From Endomicrobiales bacterium (GTDB lineage Bacteria > Elusimicrobiota > Endomicrobiia > Endomicrobiales > CAWCFT01), in NCBI GenBank assembly GCA_963794945.1, contig CAWCFT010000004.1:64001-128000 (forward strand): DNA of 64,000 bases, in the 5' to 3' direction. A program made the position numbers and the translations under genes. Below the pieces are notes generated by a model. It ran no database searches. It saw nothing but the letters and a program-made list of their open reading frames with translations, and was not told where the DNA came from. How positions within the stretch are numbered: position 1 is the first letter of the stretch; every line of letters starts with the position of its first letter. This document shows positions 10,383-21,538 of the stretch, piece after piece.

Positions 10383-10593
10383 TTTCCCTGCCTTGACTAT
10401 AACAGCTTATTTAGATAGAATTTTGCAAGATGTTTTGATCGTTGCTGCTTGCAGCTTGTCTATTGCCGGGGTGGCCCGCCTTTTCGGCGGGTGAACTCCA
10501 TGATCCCGCTTCGCGGGATGTTCCTTGGTTCTTTAATTTAGGTTTTGTCTTTGCTTACAACTTATAGCTTAAAGCTTATTACTTTTTTTTATT

Positions 10594-10679
10594 GCCGAGG
10601 TGGCGGAACTGGCAGACGCGCGAGACTCAAAATCTCGAGTCACTTTGGTGGCGTGAGGGTTCAATTCCCTCCCTCGGCA
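10594..10679 (+). tRNA. tRNA-Leu (CAA)
   Basis: GCCGAGG/CCTCGGC acceptor stem, anticodon arm CGAGA-CT CAA AA-TCTCG, long variable arm, GTTCAATTC T-loop; CCA not encoded. Confidence 0.95.
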
Positions 10680-10691
10680 TAATTACAACAT

Positions 10692-10791
10692 ATCAAAAAT
10701 CAATAATCAAATATAAAAAATACATTCCAGAATCTAAAATCACTTTCAATATTTTATCTGTCATTTTGACTTTTGATTTTTGATATTTGAT
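10692..10791. repeat. Heptamer-periodic imperfect inverted repeat
   Basis: ATCAAAA ATCAATA ATCAAAT... mirrored by TTTTGAC TTTTGAT TTTTGAT ATTTGAT. Confidence 0.7.
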
Positions 10792-11497
10792 CTTCTTTTA
10801 GCCCAAGCATTTCGGCGATAGGCACTATTTTATAGCCTCTTTTTTGTATTTCTTCAATGATTTTTGGCAGGGCATCCACCGTAGGCTGGCGGAATTTTCC
10901 GCCATCGTGCATTAAGAATATCGCGCCCGAACCTATGTTCTTTGTATAAGCCTGAACAAGCTGATCAGCACTCATTTTTTTCCAGTCACAACCGAATGTC
11001 CAATTAATAAGATAATATCCTTTTTCCTTTGCCACCTCTTTTACCCATGCCCTTACATATCCATAAGGCATTCTCAACATGTACGGCCTGGTGCCCGTCA
11101 CGCCTTGTATCAACTTTTCAGACTTGTCGATCTCTTTTTCCAGCTGCTGCCTGTAATCGTCTTTCTTGTAAAAGTAGAAATTAGGGTGGCTGTAGCTGTG
11201 ACTGCCGATCTCGTGGCCGTCATCTAACACCATTTTCGCTATCTTAGAGCGAATTTCCACCTGGTCTCCTTCCATAAAGAACGTCGCCTTCACATTGTAT
11301 TTCTTAAGCACAGCCAGCACCTGGGCCGTGTAGTTGCCGGGGCCGTCGTCGAAAGTAAGCGCCATTTCTTTTTTATTGCGCGGCCCGTTGGCAAAGAACG
11401 CGCCCGGTTCGGCAGCCAAAACAAATACAGCGGCGCCTGCCATAGTGAAACAGATGACTAAAAACAGCTTGAACACCCAGGATGAACGTTTTTTCAT
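10754..11497 (-). CDS. Polysaccharide deacetylase (NodB/CE4), exported
   Basis: LTFDDGP, HSYSHP, RMPYG, LMHDG; probable start MKKRSS at 11497 overlapping the upstream stop. Confidence 0.92.
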   Translation of the reverse strand: MKKRSSWVFKLFLVICFTMAGAAVFVLAAEPGAFFANGPRNKKEMALTFDDGPGNYTAQVLAVLKKYNVKATFFMEGDQVEIRSKIAKMVLDDGHEIGSHSYSHPNFYFYKKDDYRQQLEKEIDKSEKLIQGVTGTRPYMLRMPYGYVRAWVKEVAKEKGYYLINWTFGCDWKKMSADQLVQAYTKNIGSGAIFLMHDGGKFRQPTVDALPKIIEEIQKRGYKIVPIAEMLGLKEDQISKIKSQNDR

Positions 11498-13131
11498 ATC
11501 TCTAACCTCTTTAATGACATCACTCCCAGCCTGAACGGTAATATCACGGCTGCCGAATTTACAGCCAGCATGAATATTCCCATCCAAATAAAACTCGTCC
11601 ATGGTAGGGCGGAATGCCCGAATTTGATCTGATAATAATTCTGAAGCGGTAAAGCCCAGAGCGACAGATTCACACCTACATAGAAAACTGCTGCGAGGAT
11701 GTAAAACAGCCCCCCCTGCGAGGATTCGATCTGGGCAATGCTTGTTATATTGAATTTAGGGAATATCGCGCCAAACCCGGCCGCCATGAAATTAAGCCCC
11801 GCCGCCATGACCAGCACAGCTAACACAGAAGCCCAGAATACCGGAGGGTCGGTCTTTAATACTAGGCCCGAAACCACTGAAAGAACAAGGGACAAGGCTA
11901 TGACCGGTATGCTCCCGAAAAACGTTTTTTCCCTCAGGAGCTGTTCAGAAGTGAAGGGCGACGATTTTATAAGCCACAAGTTATCGCCTTCGATGCTTAT
12001 GGCCGGGAAAACGAACCGCAATGCCACGGCGCTGACAACAAAACCTATCAATCCCACATTGAAAAATGCGACTAGGTTCTGCAGGTACAAAGTCTCGAGC
12101 GGTATCTTGTACACGCTGAAAAGATACACCGCGCTTAGCGCGACCAGGAACAACAGCTGCGACCATTGGTTCGCGTCCCTTAAAAAACTCTTCATATCTT
12201 TTATCATCAAGGCTGCTGCCGGGCTCTTGAAACTGAAGTTTCGCGCGGTAGAACCCGCTATACGCCTGCCTCCGCGGTTTTGCGCCCAGCCTGACAGGAA
12301 TATCTTTTCCGCAAGAAAGCTTGTCGCAGCAAAAAGGATGATGGTGCCGCCCAGAAGCAGCGCGGTATAGAAAACAAAGTTCTTTTGGTCGTGCCCCAGA
12401 AGTGAGAACACCGCGCCCGAGAGCCACCAAGAAGGCAGATAGACCGCTGAAGGCGCGTCTAGGAATGACAGGTATTGGGCAACAGCATCCATACCTTCCG
12501 GCCTAACCAGCTTTTCAGGTTGAAGGAACCGGAACAACATGAATAGCCCCATTATGAACAGTGCGCCCACAACGAACATCGTGTCCCTTACCCTTCTTGC
12601 CGGGAACGCACGAACCAGCACCATACTGGCTATTATGCCGCACAGGCTTGCCGTCAAAAGGAACGGCACCAGCAAAGCCAGAACCCCGCCCAAAAAAACT
12701 ATTCCTGCGCCCTTCACAACCGTGAGCGCGACCAGAAAAGGCAGCATCAGCGCCAAGACCATCCATGAAGCGTAGAACGCGGTGTTGAGGGCCTTGTGCG
12801 CGAATATCTTAGGCACGGCCAGCGGCATGGCAAGCAGCCAGGGCAGGTCTTTGCTGAAATATATAGTGGTAAACGAGGTTATAACACTTGAGAATATCAC
12901 CATCACGAAAGATGTCATGAATATCATTATAAGGAGCTTGTTAACTATAAGGTTGCCTATCATGGGTACCTCGTTGAGATAAGCCAGCAGCCTGTAGCTC
13001 CCGATATATATACCCGCTAAGAATATAAAATTCAAGAAAAGGAACAACGCTATCTTCACTTCTCCCAGGAACGTCAGGGCGCGTAGCCGGTTGCGTATCA
13101 TCTTGAAATTTAAAAGCAACAGATTTATCAT
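11494..13131 (-). CDS. ABC-2-type exporter permease (multi-TM)
   Basis: Many TM helices; next to an ABC ATPase. Confidence 0.8.
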   Translation of the reverse strand: MINLLLLNFKMIRNRLRALTFLGEVKIALFLFLNFIFLAGIYIGSYRLLAYLNEVPMIGNLIVNKLLIMIFMTSFVMVIFSSVITSFTTIYFSKDLPWLLAMPLAVPKIFAHKALNTAFYASWMVLALMLPFLVALTVVKGAGIVFLGGVLALLVPFLLTASLCGIIASMVLVRAFPARRVRDTMFVVGALFIMGLFMLFRFLQPEKLVRPEGMDAVAQYLSFLDAPSAVYLPSWWLSGAVFSLLGHDQKNFVFYTALLLGGTIILFAATSFLAEKIFLSGWAQNRGGRRIAGSTARNFSFKSPAAALMIKDMKSFLRDANQWSQLLFLVALSAVYLFSVYKIPLETLYLQNLVAFFNVGLIGFVVSAVALRFVFPAISIEGDNLWLIKSSPFTSEQLLREKTFFGSIPVIALSLVLSVVSGLVLKTDPPVFWASVLAVLVMAAGLNFMAAGFGAIFPKFNITSIAQIESSQGGLFYILAAVFYVGVNLSLWALPLQNYYQIKFGHSALPWTSFIWMGIFMLAVNSAAVILPFRLGVMSLKRLEI

Positions 13132-13150
13132 TGTATTTATCTTGCAAAAT

Positions 13151-13922
13151 TTACAGGTATTTTAACAGCTCAGCGTACTGGGTGCCGCCGGTTATCTCCA
13201 GGAAGACATCTTCAAGGTTGCCGCCGTTCTTTTCCTTCTGCTTAAGTTCGCTGACACTTTCGAGCGCAATGATCTTGCCGCGATGGATAATACCAGCGCG
13301 GGAGGCTAGTTTCTCGGCTATTTCAAGCACATGTGTACACATGAATATCGCTACACCCCTGCTGGATAGTTCACAGAATATCTCTTTAACGAGCCTCGCG
13401 CTTTTCGGGTCGAGCCCCACAAGCGGCTCATCTAAGAACAAGGCCGTCGGGCTGTGCAGGAGAACGCTCGCGAGCACGAGCTTCTGCCTCATGCCGTGAG
13501 AATATGATTCTGTTGTCTCATCGGCCCACTTGGAAAGCTCGAACATCTCAAGCAGCTCCGGTATTTTATCTCTCTGGTAGGCCGGGTCAACCGAGTAAAT
13601 ATCCCCCACAAAACGCATGAATTCCAAGCCCGTAAGGTAAGGATATACAAAAGGCTGGTCCGAAACGTAACCCATAGACTGCTTGGCCTTGAGCGGTTCC
13701 TTAAGTATATCGAAGCCATTGATATACGCGGTTCCGGAAGTAGGGATGCAGCAGCCCGGACATAAGCTTTACGGTCGTGGTCTTGCCGGCGCCGTTAGGC
13801 CCGAGAAAAGCGAATATCTCCCCGGGGGCTATCTCGAAGTTAAGGCCGTCAACGGCCGTAAAATCACCGAATTTTTTGGTGAGCCCTTCTGATCTTATTG
13901 CGTAAGGTTTTATGATATCCAT
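13151..13922 (-). CDS. ABC transporter ATP-binding protein (frameshift near 13740)
   Basis: GPNGAGKTT in 5' ORF; YSHGMRQK, FLDEP, CTH in 3' ORF. Confidence 0.9.
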
Positions 13923-13981
13923 TTGATGTCCGCCTCTAGGCGGGTTAGCCCGGGGGTTAGTAAACCCGTGATATAGGTAGG

Positions 13982-14584
13982 CTAAAAAAAGCGCGATATC
14001 TGGGTCAGCGCGAAAGCGGAAATGATGGGCATCCAGAAATTATCGTTAAGCGCCCACGGGAACAGTTCAATTATGGCCGCGGCAAGGGCGCCAGAAAGCG
14101 CGATCGGCAACTTAAAAAAGTACAGGCCTATCATAAAACATACAAGGAAACAGGCTAGGCTGCCCTCCAGAGTTTTATCCCAGAATATCTTTCTCTTACC
14201 CATCCTCTTGCCCACCAGCGCGGCCGAAGCGTCGCCAAGGGCAAGATATAAAAGGCTTGATATTACAATGCTTTTGTCCGGGAAGAGCAGCATTGTAAAG
14301 AACGAGCCTGAAAGCGTCCATGGAAGGCCGCTTATGCCGTTAGTCTCACTGTCCCTGTGAACTCCTCCGAGGAACTTAAGAAGCCATTTGTTGAAAGAAG
14401 GCAACCTTAGCCTTATGCTCTCCATAACGATAACGCAGAATATCAATATTCCCATCCCCCACAGGATGTCGGTTCTGGGAAAAAACGCGTATGCGAAGAT
14501 ATAAATAAGCGTTAATAAATGAAATGATTTTCTTTTCACCTCTTCTAATGGGAATATGACCATAGTTTTTTGACCGCGTCGCAA
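13982..14584 (-). CDS. SEC59/DGK1/VTE5-family CTP-dependent lipid kinase
   Basis: RKSFH, GDASAALVG, KTLEGS, DNFWMP motifs. Confidence 0.85.
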   Translation of the reverse strand: MRRGQKTMVIFPLEEVKRKSFHLLTLIYIFAYAFFPRTDILWGMGILIFCVIVMESIRLRLPSFNKWLLKFLGGVHRDSETNGISGLPWTLSGSFFTMLLFPDKSIVISSLLYLALGDASAALVGKRMGKRKIFWDKTLEGSLACFLVCFMIGLYFFKLPIALSGALAAAIIELFPWALNDNFWMPIISAFALTQISRFF

Positions 14585-15224
14585 AAATAATTTATTATTA
14601 CGCCTGTTTTGTTATAGCTTTCAATAAAATAGTACTTGAGCCCCACATTATCAGGAAAAAGAGCTTTAAAAAGCAACACTATAACTATGCAATTTATTAG
14701 AACTATTATTACACCCGAAAAAAACACACCGAACTGCTTGAGGTCGCTCTGCCCCTGCGATAAGGCAAAATAAGTGAGCCCGAAATGAAATGAGAGCGAA
14801 AACCCTGCCAGGAACAGGAATACTGAATGGTAATTCTCAAAAGCCCAGAATTTGCCGCCCGCCCAGTATACGATTATCAAAAACACAGTGTATATAGGGA
14901 TAAAATACGGCGCGAGCGTAATAAAAATGTTCGTTTTTGTGAGCACCACGCTGCCGCCGGAAGACGCGACCTTGAATTTTTTCAGGCGTGCGCCGCTCAA
15001 GATCCCAGCCACCGCGTGCGTTAGCTCGTGTCCAAAAATATATGTGCGCACCGGCCTGAAAAATATCAGCTGGAAAAGAAAATAACACCCTGCGCCTACC
15101 CAGAACGGAACGGCTTTCTGGGACACGTTCGTGCCAAGGTGTACTAATATTCCGAACAAGCTTATCGAGAGCCCGGCCACCACCAGGACCAGTAAAGAGC
15201 TGCTAATACCCTTATATATTTCAT
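14545..15224 (-). CDS. M50-like membrane metallopeptidase (probable start 15224, frameshift near 15195)
   Basis: HELTH, LAPYF, QSD motifs; GGAG-ATG at 15224 is in a different frame from the long ORF. Confidence 0.7.
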
Positions 15225-15365
15225 CTCCGCCGCATTTGCCAGTTATATCGGATTTTTCAGTTAACTTTAGTTTACCAACTTTTACTAGCAAAGTCAATAT
15301 TGGAATTTTCCATTTAAATTTGTATAATAATCCATAGAGCAATACTAATCAAGGAGGTTACATCA

Positions 15366-15998
15366 ATGAAAAAGAAGATTTTCATTAGCGCTCTGAGCAT
15401 GGTAGTGTTGTGCCTGCAGGTATTCGCTGCGGGAGAAAATAACGCATGGAAGGAGAAACCAGGAATGTACGCTATTTTTGAGACAAACATGGGTAAGATC
15501 GTCTGTGAACTGTTCGAGAACGACGCGCCTAAAACAGTTGCTAATTTTGTAGGCCTCGCGGAAGGCACAAAAGAGTTCACGAACACAAAGACAGGAAAAA
15601 AGGAAAAGAAACATTTTTATGACGGCACGATATTCCACAGGGTCATACCTGATTTCATGATCCAGGGCGGCGACCCGCAGGGTACGGGAATGGGCGGACC
15701 GGGATACACGTTCGGCGATGAGATAGTCCCTACGCTTAAGTTCGACAAGCCGGGGAAACTCGCTATGGCTAACGCCGGGCCCGGAACTAACGGCTCGCAG
15801 TTCTTCATTACCCAGGTTCCCACACCCTGGCTTAATGGACACCACACCATATTCGGGCAGGTAGTGGAAGGCATGGACATAGTAACAAAAATAGCAACCG
15901 CACAAAGGGGCATGAATGACAAGCCGGTAAAAGATATCGTGCTCAACAAACTCGTGATTGAACGCGTTGGAAAAACAGGCGGAACACCGTCAAAATAG
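15366..15998 (+). CDS. Cyclophilin-type peptidyl-prolyl isomerase with signal peptide
   Basis: FHRVIPDFMIQGGDP, AMANAGPGTNGSQFFIT; AGGAGG RBS. Confidence 0.95.
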   Translation: MKKKIFISALSMVVLCLQVFAAGENNAWKEKPGMYAIFETNMGKIVCELFENDAPKTVANFVGLAEGTKEFTNTKTGKKEKKHFYDGTIFHRVIPDFMIQGGDPQGTGMGGPGYTFGDEIVPTLKFDKPGKLAMANAGPGTNGSQFFITQVPTPWLNGHHTIFGQVVEGMDIVTKIATAQRGMNDKPVKDIVLNKLVIERVGKTGGTPSK

Positions 15999-16039
15999 AC
16001 TGAAGATACAAACAATAAGGCTGTCCTGACAATTTTGTA

Positions 16040-16077
16040 AAAGAGGAAGACAGATACGTTTATCTGTCTTCCTCTTT
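16040..16077 (+). terminator. Probable intrinsic terminator
   Basis: Perfect 17-bp stem AAAGAGGAAGACAGATA-CGTT-TATCTGTCTTCCTCTTT after the cyclophilin gene. Confidence 0.7.
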
Positions 16078-16392
16078 CTGTTCATACTTACAGAATGACT
16101 ATTCGTATCCACCCGGTATTTCGACAGTTTAGCGTTGTTAAACAACGATTCGGAAACTTTTTAAATTCACAATCAAAAATTAATGAAAAAGTACTTAAAT
16201 TAATCTAAAAATGAACCATTGACAATAACACTAATATTTATTATATTTGTAATGATTATTGCAGTCTGTCTTGTTTGAAATTAATCTAGCACTTCACTAG
16301 ATGCTTACCATTGGGGGACGGTGTTCACGAAAAAAGCCATGGGGCGTTTATCTCTTTCTCTATTCAATATTAGGATAACTGCTTTAAAAACT

Positions 16393-17289
16393 ATGAATCA
16401 TAAAAGATTGCTGGTTATTTTTTGCTTCCTGATATTTGCCAAAGCTGATCTTTCCGCACAGGAGAAGATCATCATTTGCGTTAAAAATTCGACCCTTCCT
16501 CCTTTCGAAGAGGCGCTTCAAGGATTTAAGCAAAGCCTGGCCCAAAAGAACATCGAATTTAAGCTGATTGAATATGACCTAAGTAACCCGCCGCCTCCAG
16601 AACTAAACAAGGCTGACCTGATTTTTTCCATGGGAACCAACCCGACACAAACCATATCCGAGAAGATAAAAGACATACCAATTGTGTTCACTCTGGTAAC
16701 TAACCCTCAATTTTCGTCACGAAACATGACAGGCGTTATGATGGAAACACCATATAAAGAGTTGCTCAATATTCTTTCCAGGATCAGCCCTAAACCAAAA
16801 AGACTTGGCATAATCTACGACCCGAAAAAAACAAATAAACTTGTTGAGTCATACATGGAGGAATCCCGGGAGAAGGATTGTGAGCTCCACACAATTCAAG
16901 TCGCAAAGGTTGACGAAGTTTACAACGCCATAAGGTCTTTGCGCCCATCAATAGACTGTCTGCTCATCATACCAAACTCCACGGTCTATAACGTTAATTC
17001 CACGGAGGACATCCTGCTTTTTTCATTAAGAGAAGGTTTGCCGGTGGTGGGGATATCTCCAAACTATGTCAAAGCCGGCGCACTGTTCTCGCTATCGAGC
17101 AACTATACGAACCTTGGAGAAAAAGCAGGCGAACTTGCATCAAGGCTGCTCCACGGTGAAAAAGCTTCGGACATTCCTTATGCTTCTCCGGATAAATTTG
17201 ACTTGTCGATCAATCTCATAGTTGCCGCCAGGATAAACGTAACATTCCCGACTGATCTCATAAAAGAGGCGAAAAATGTTTACAAATAA
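16393..17289 (+). CDS. ABC-transporter-substrate-binding-like periplasmic protein (ABC_sub_bind-like)
   Basis: Signal peptide, PIVF, GIIYDP, YVKAGAL, LSINLIVA; overlaps the kinase gene start. Confidence 0.8.
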   Translation: MNHKRLLVIFCFLIFAKADLSAQEKIIICVKNSTLPPFEEALQGFKQSLAQKNIEFKLIEYDLSNPPPPELNKADLIFSMGTNPTQTISEKIKDIPIVFTLVTNPQFSSRNMTGVMMETPYKELLNILSRISPKPKRLGIIYDPKKTNKLVESYMEESREKDCELHTIQVAKVDEVYNAIRSLRPSIDCLLIIPNSTVYNVNSTEDILLFSLREGLPVVGISPNYVKAGALFSLSSNYTNLGEKAGELASRLLHGEKASDIPYASPDKFDLSINLIVAARINVTFPTDLIKEAKNVYK

Positions 17290-19463
17290 CCTTGCACCAA
17301 AATTCCTGCTGCCGATCTCGCTACTAATGATGTTCATGTCTTTCGCTCTAAGCTTTTATTTCATAAGGCATGAAACGTCCACGATTATATCCGAGCGCAT
17401 CAATTATTCCGACTCGCTTGCAAGGAACCTTGCCTATAACTCTGAATACGGGACTCTTACCAAGAACAGTGATCTGCTCAACAACCTGGTAAACGGCCTG
17501 ATGAAAGAAAAAGATGTTATCGCCATAACGATAACAAACGAAAAAAGGAAACATCCTTGTCAAAGAAGGCCAGAAAGCGGACCCATACAACGAAAGTTCC
17601 GCTCCTATATTAACGAAGAAAATGGAATCCGGCAAAAAAAGCGGCTCGCTTGATATCGGTGACGAATTCCTTTTCCCGGATAAGCACAAGGAAGAAGGCA
17701 AAGAGGAGACGATCGGACACGTTCTAGTGTACACCTCCCTCCTTGATATGCAGCATAAATTAAGCGATGTTAAAAGAAAGATCATTGATATCACTTTGAT
17801 AGTCATTATACTATCGATCGCCATAACTTTCTTTCTAGTAACAAGGATCACCGCGCCGCTCAAAGAGCTTGTGCTTGCAACAAAGATCATTTCAGATGGA
17901 GACCTTGCCCACAAGGTGACAGTGAATACCAAAGATGAAATAGGGAAACTCTCTATTTCATTCAACAAGATGACAGACGAACTTTCACGAACAGTAGTTT
18001 CGAAAGATTACGTAGACAACATCATCAGCTCAATGATAGACACCTTGATCGTCACAAACCCGGATGCCACGATAAGGAATGTCAACAATGCAACCATGAA
18101 CTTATTGGGTTACAGTGAAAGCGAGCTAATAGGTAAACCAGTCGGCATGTTATTTGCTGAAGACCCTAACACTAGGGTGCCAGGACGAAAACAATGGATA
18201 GACAACTTGATCGAAAATGGCATAATACAGAACACAGAGGCGACTTATATCGCAAAGGACGGCACAAGGATACCCGTGATCCTCTCGGGCTCGGTAATGA
18301 AGAGCGAGAACAATAACATGCAGGGGTTCGTGTATGTTGCCCTTGATATCACGGAGCGCAAGAGGGCGGAAGAGATGATGAGACAAAGCGAAGAGCGTTA
18401 CCGCAACCTTGTCGAAACCGCGCCGGACGTGATCTATAGTTTATCCCTTAAAGACTGGTCAATAATCTCGCTTAATCCGGCTTTCGAGAACGCTACCGGC
18501 TGGAAAAGATCGGAATGGATAAATAAGAAGTTCGACGACATCATTCATCCTGACGATGTCGCGCTGGCTCGCGAGACTACTAATCTGATAGCCCTGGGCA
18601 AAACCCCTCCTACCTATGAGCTTAGGATTAAATCAAAAAACGGGGATTACATTGTGGGAGAGTTCACAAGCGCCCCGCAGTTCGAGAACAACATCGTTGT
18701 TGCGGCATTCGGCATAGTAAGAGATATTACGGAGAGGAAAAAAGCCGAAACAGAAAAAGAGAACCTTACCAAACAGCTTCTTCAGTTTGAAAAAATGGCG
18801 GCGGTGGGACAGCTGGCCGGCGGCGTTGCTCATGAAATAAACAATCCTCTTGGTGTAATTCTCGGTTTTGCCCAAAGCCTGCTGCGCCGTGTAAAAGAGG
18901 ATGATCCGCTTCTTATGCCGCTTCAATCGATAGAACGCGAGGCGAAAAGGTGCAAAAACCTGGTGCAGGACCTGCTGACATTCTCGAGGGTTGGCAAGAC
19001 AGAAAAAGAAAAATGCGATATAAATGAAGTTGTCAAAACCTCGCTAACATTGGTAGAGGCACAGACCAAGGTAAAATCCGTTGAGCTTATAAGGGAGTAT
19101 GGCACAAACATTAAAGAAGCTATGGTGTCACGCAACCAGATACAGCAGGTAATAGTGAACCTTTGCAACAATGCGATCGACGCCATGCCATCCGATGGCA
19201 AGCTTACGGTACGCACTCTTATGTCAAAAATTGATGGTGCCGAATACGTTGAGATTCAGATTAAAGACACAGGCACCGGGATACCAAAAGAGATACAAAC
19301 AAAGATATTCGAACCATTCTTTACTACAAAAGAAGTCGGCAAGGGGACCGGGCTCGGGTTATCGCTTGTATACGAGATAATGCAGAAACATCAAGGCAAG
19401 ATCGAACTCGAAAGTGAAATAGGCAAAGGAAGTACTTTTAGGGTGTTACTTCCACTGGCATAA
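17276..19463 (+). CDS. Membrane sensor histidine kinase, HAMP + 2 PAS (frameshift in A-run near 17545)
   Basis: TM-periplasmic-TM, HAMP (DEIGKLSISFNKM), PAS x2, AHEINNPL, GTGLGL. Confidence 0.92.
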
Positions 19464-19547
19464 CAAAGGCCAGAGTTTGCGGACAGAAGATTATGAAACC
19501 AATGGCATAGACTGCGGCAATTTATCCGCAGTCAAAAAGAGGTTGAA

Positions 19548-21503
19548 ATGACAAATGAAAAGACGCCTCAATCTGAAGCTGGCACCGGGCTTGAAAAATC
19601 AAAGATACTCGTAATGGACGACGAGCAGGGAATACTCGACCTGCTGACATTCGAGCTTGGCTCACGCGGCTACATAGTGGAAAAAGCCCACAACGGCGAA
19701 GAGGGCATTGAAAAAATAAAGAAAGAGAAATTCCAGCTTATTATAAGCGATGTTAAAATGCCAAAGCTCGGAGGGCTCGAAGCTTTAAGTAAGATAAAAG
19801 AGATAGACCCATCGGTGGAAGTAATAATGACGACCGGTTTCGGCACTATAGATATGGCTGTTGAATGCATGAAAAAGGGAGCATATGATTTCGTATCCAA
19901 GCCTTACAACCTTGATGAACTCTGTTCCCGCATAGATAAAGCCCTTGAAAAACAGCGCCTGACATCAGAACTTATCTCCTTGAAAGAGCTTCACCGCTTG
20001 AAATCCGAATTCCTCGCTAACACGAGCCATGAACTGCGCACACCGATGAACGCGATAATCGGTTACACTTCGCTCATGCTTGACAAGATATACGGGCAAT
20101 TGACTGAAAAACAGGAAGTCGCGCTCAAACGCATAAACATAAGTGCAAATAACCTTCTCCAGCTTATCAATAACATATTGGACATATCAAAACTCTCCGC
20201 TGGAAAGATAACGCTATATTTTGAGAATTTTATTGTTAGCGATATACTCCGTGATACGGTAGGCATGATGGAAGCCCTGGCACGCGAGAAGAATATATAC
20301 CTCAAGTTTGACGATCCAGGCGATGCCATAAGCATAGTCAGCGATAAGACACGCCTGAAACAGATAGTGATAAACCTTGTCGGCAACGCCCTGAAGTTCA
20401 CTCACAGCGGCGGCGTAACAGTCTCTACCAGCCGCTTCAATAGTTCCATACAAGACGGCCCATCGAACCCCGGGGAAAAGATACGGATTGATGTAAAAGA
20501 CACCGGTATCGGAATAAAACCCGAATACATGAAGATTATTTTTGAGGAATTCCGGCAGGGCGACGCGTCAACCACAAGGGAGTATGGCGGGACCGGTCTC
20601 GGGCTGACTATCGCCAAGAAACTTTCCGAGCTCATGGGCGGAACGATATCTGTGGAAAGCAAGTACGGAGAAGGTTCGGTTTTTTCACTGATCCTCCCCC
20701 TCAAGACAAAGATAACAGAAGAAGCAATCGAGAACTTTCCGCAGCTGGAACCATTTAAGCCTTCCTTCAACGACGGCAAAAATATCCTTCTCGCTATCGA
20801 TGACAGCCCCGAGATACACAAGCTGTTGAAAGACAGCCTTCACGATACTGAGTTCAGGCTTGTGGGCGCGCTAAACGGCGACGAAGGCATCGCCCTGGCA
20901 AAACAACTTAAGCCTTTTGCGATAACGCTAGACATTCTTATGCCTCACAGGGACGGCTGGTCGGTTCTGCAATCGCTCAAGAGTGACCCTGAAACAAGCC
21001 ATATACCGGTAATAATACTCTCCGTTATGGACAACAAGGCCCTGGGGTTCTCTATGGGTGTCGCAAACTACATCCTTAAACCGTTCGAGCGAAAAACCCT
21101 AATCGAGAAACTCGGCAAGCTAGAGCTTGCGAAAAATAAGAAAATACTCGTTGTTGACGATGATAAGGAATTGAACCTCGTAATGCAAATGCTCATCACC
21201 AACGCCGGTTATCAGGTGATATCGGCGCTCGGAGGAAAAGAAGCACTCGCTATGATCGAAAAGGAAAAACCCGATATAGTCCTGCTTGACCTTATGATGC
21301 CAGAGATAAGCGGGTTTGACGTGCTTGAAGCAATATACAAAAACCCTGAGCTTGAGAAAATGAGGATCATAATTATGACGGCGAAGATCCTAACTAAAAA
21401 AGAGCTCGAAGAACTAAACAAGCGCGCCGAGACGGTGCTGGAAAAGGGCTCTAAAAACATTAAAGAGATACTCGCGGACATAAAAAGACAGATCGAGTCG
21501 TAG
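19548..21503 (+). CDS. Hybrid histidine kinase REC-HisKA-HATPase-REC-REC
   Basis: SHELRTPMN, GGTGLGL, three receiver domains. Confidence 0.92.
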   Translation: MTNEKTPQSEAGTGLEKSKILVMDDEQGILDLLTFELGSRGYIVEKAHNGEEGIEKIKKEKFQLIISDVKMPKLGGLEALSKIKEIDPSVEVIMTTGFGTIDMAVECMKKGAYDFVSKPYNLDELCSRIDKALEKQRLTSELISLKELHRLKSEFLANTSHELRTPMNAIIGYTSLMLDKIYGQLTEKQEVALKRINISANNLLQLINNILDISKLSAGKITLYFENFIVSDILRDTVGMMEALAREKNIYLKFDDPGDAISIVSDKTRLKQIVINLVGNALKFTHSGGVTVSTSRFNSSIQDGPSNPGEKIRIDVKDTGIGIKPEYMKIIFEEFRQGDASTTREYGGTGLGLTIAKKLSELMGGTISVESKYGEGSVFSLILPLKTKITEEAIENFPQLEPFKPSFNDGKNILLAIDDSPEIHKLLKDSLHDTEFRLVGALNGDEGIALAKQLKPFAITLDILMPHRDGWSVLQSLKSDPETSHIPVIILSVMDNKALGFSMGVANYILKPFERKTLIEKLGKLELAKNKKILVVDDDKELNLVMQMLITNAGYQVISALGGKEALAMIEKEKPDIVLLDLMMPEISGFDVLEAIYKNPELEKMRIIIMTAKILTKKELEELNKRAETVLEKGSKNIKEILADIKRQIES

Positions 21504-21538
21504 GTAATATTATTTTATCTGTTTTCGGAGGTTTTTAA

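Noticed and set aside
10594..10700. Integrative element at tRNA-Leu
   Set aside because: No integrase and no duplicated tRNA 3' end found in the window
15225..15342. N-terminal extension of the 265-aa M50-like ORF
   Set aside because: Runs through the divergent promoter region; a GGAG-ATG at 15224 plus one indel gives a more plausible hydrophobic start
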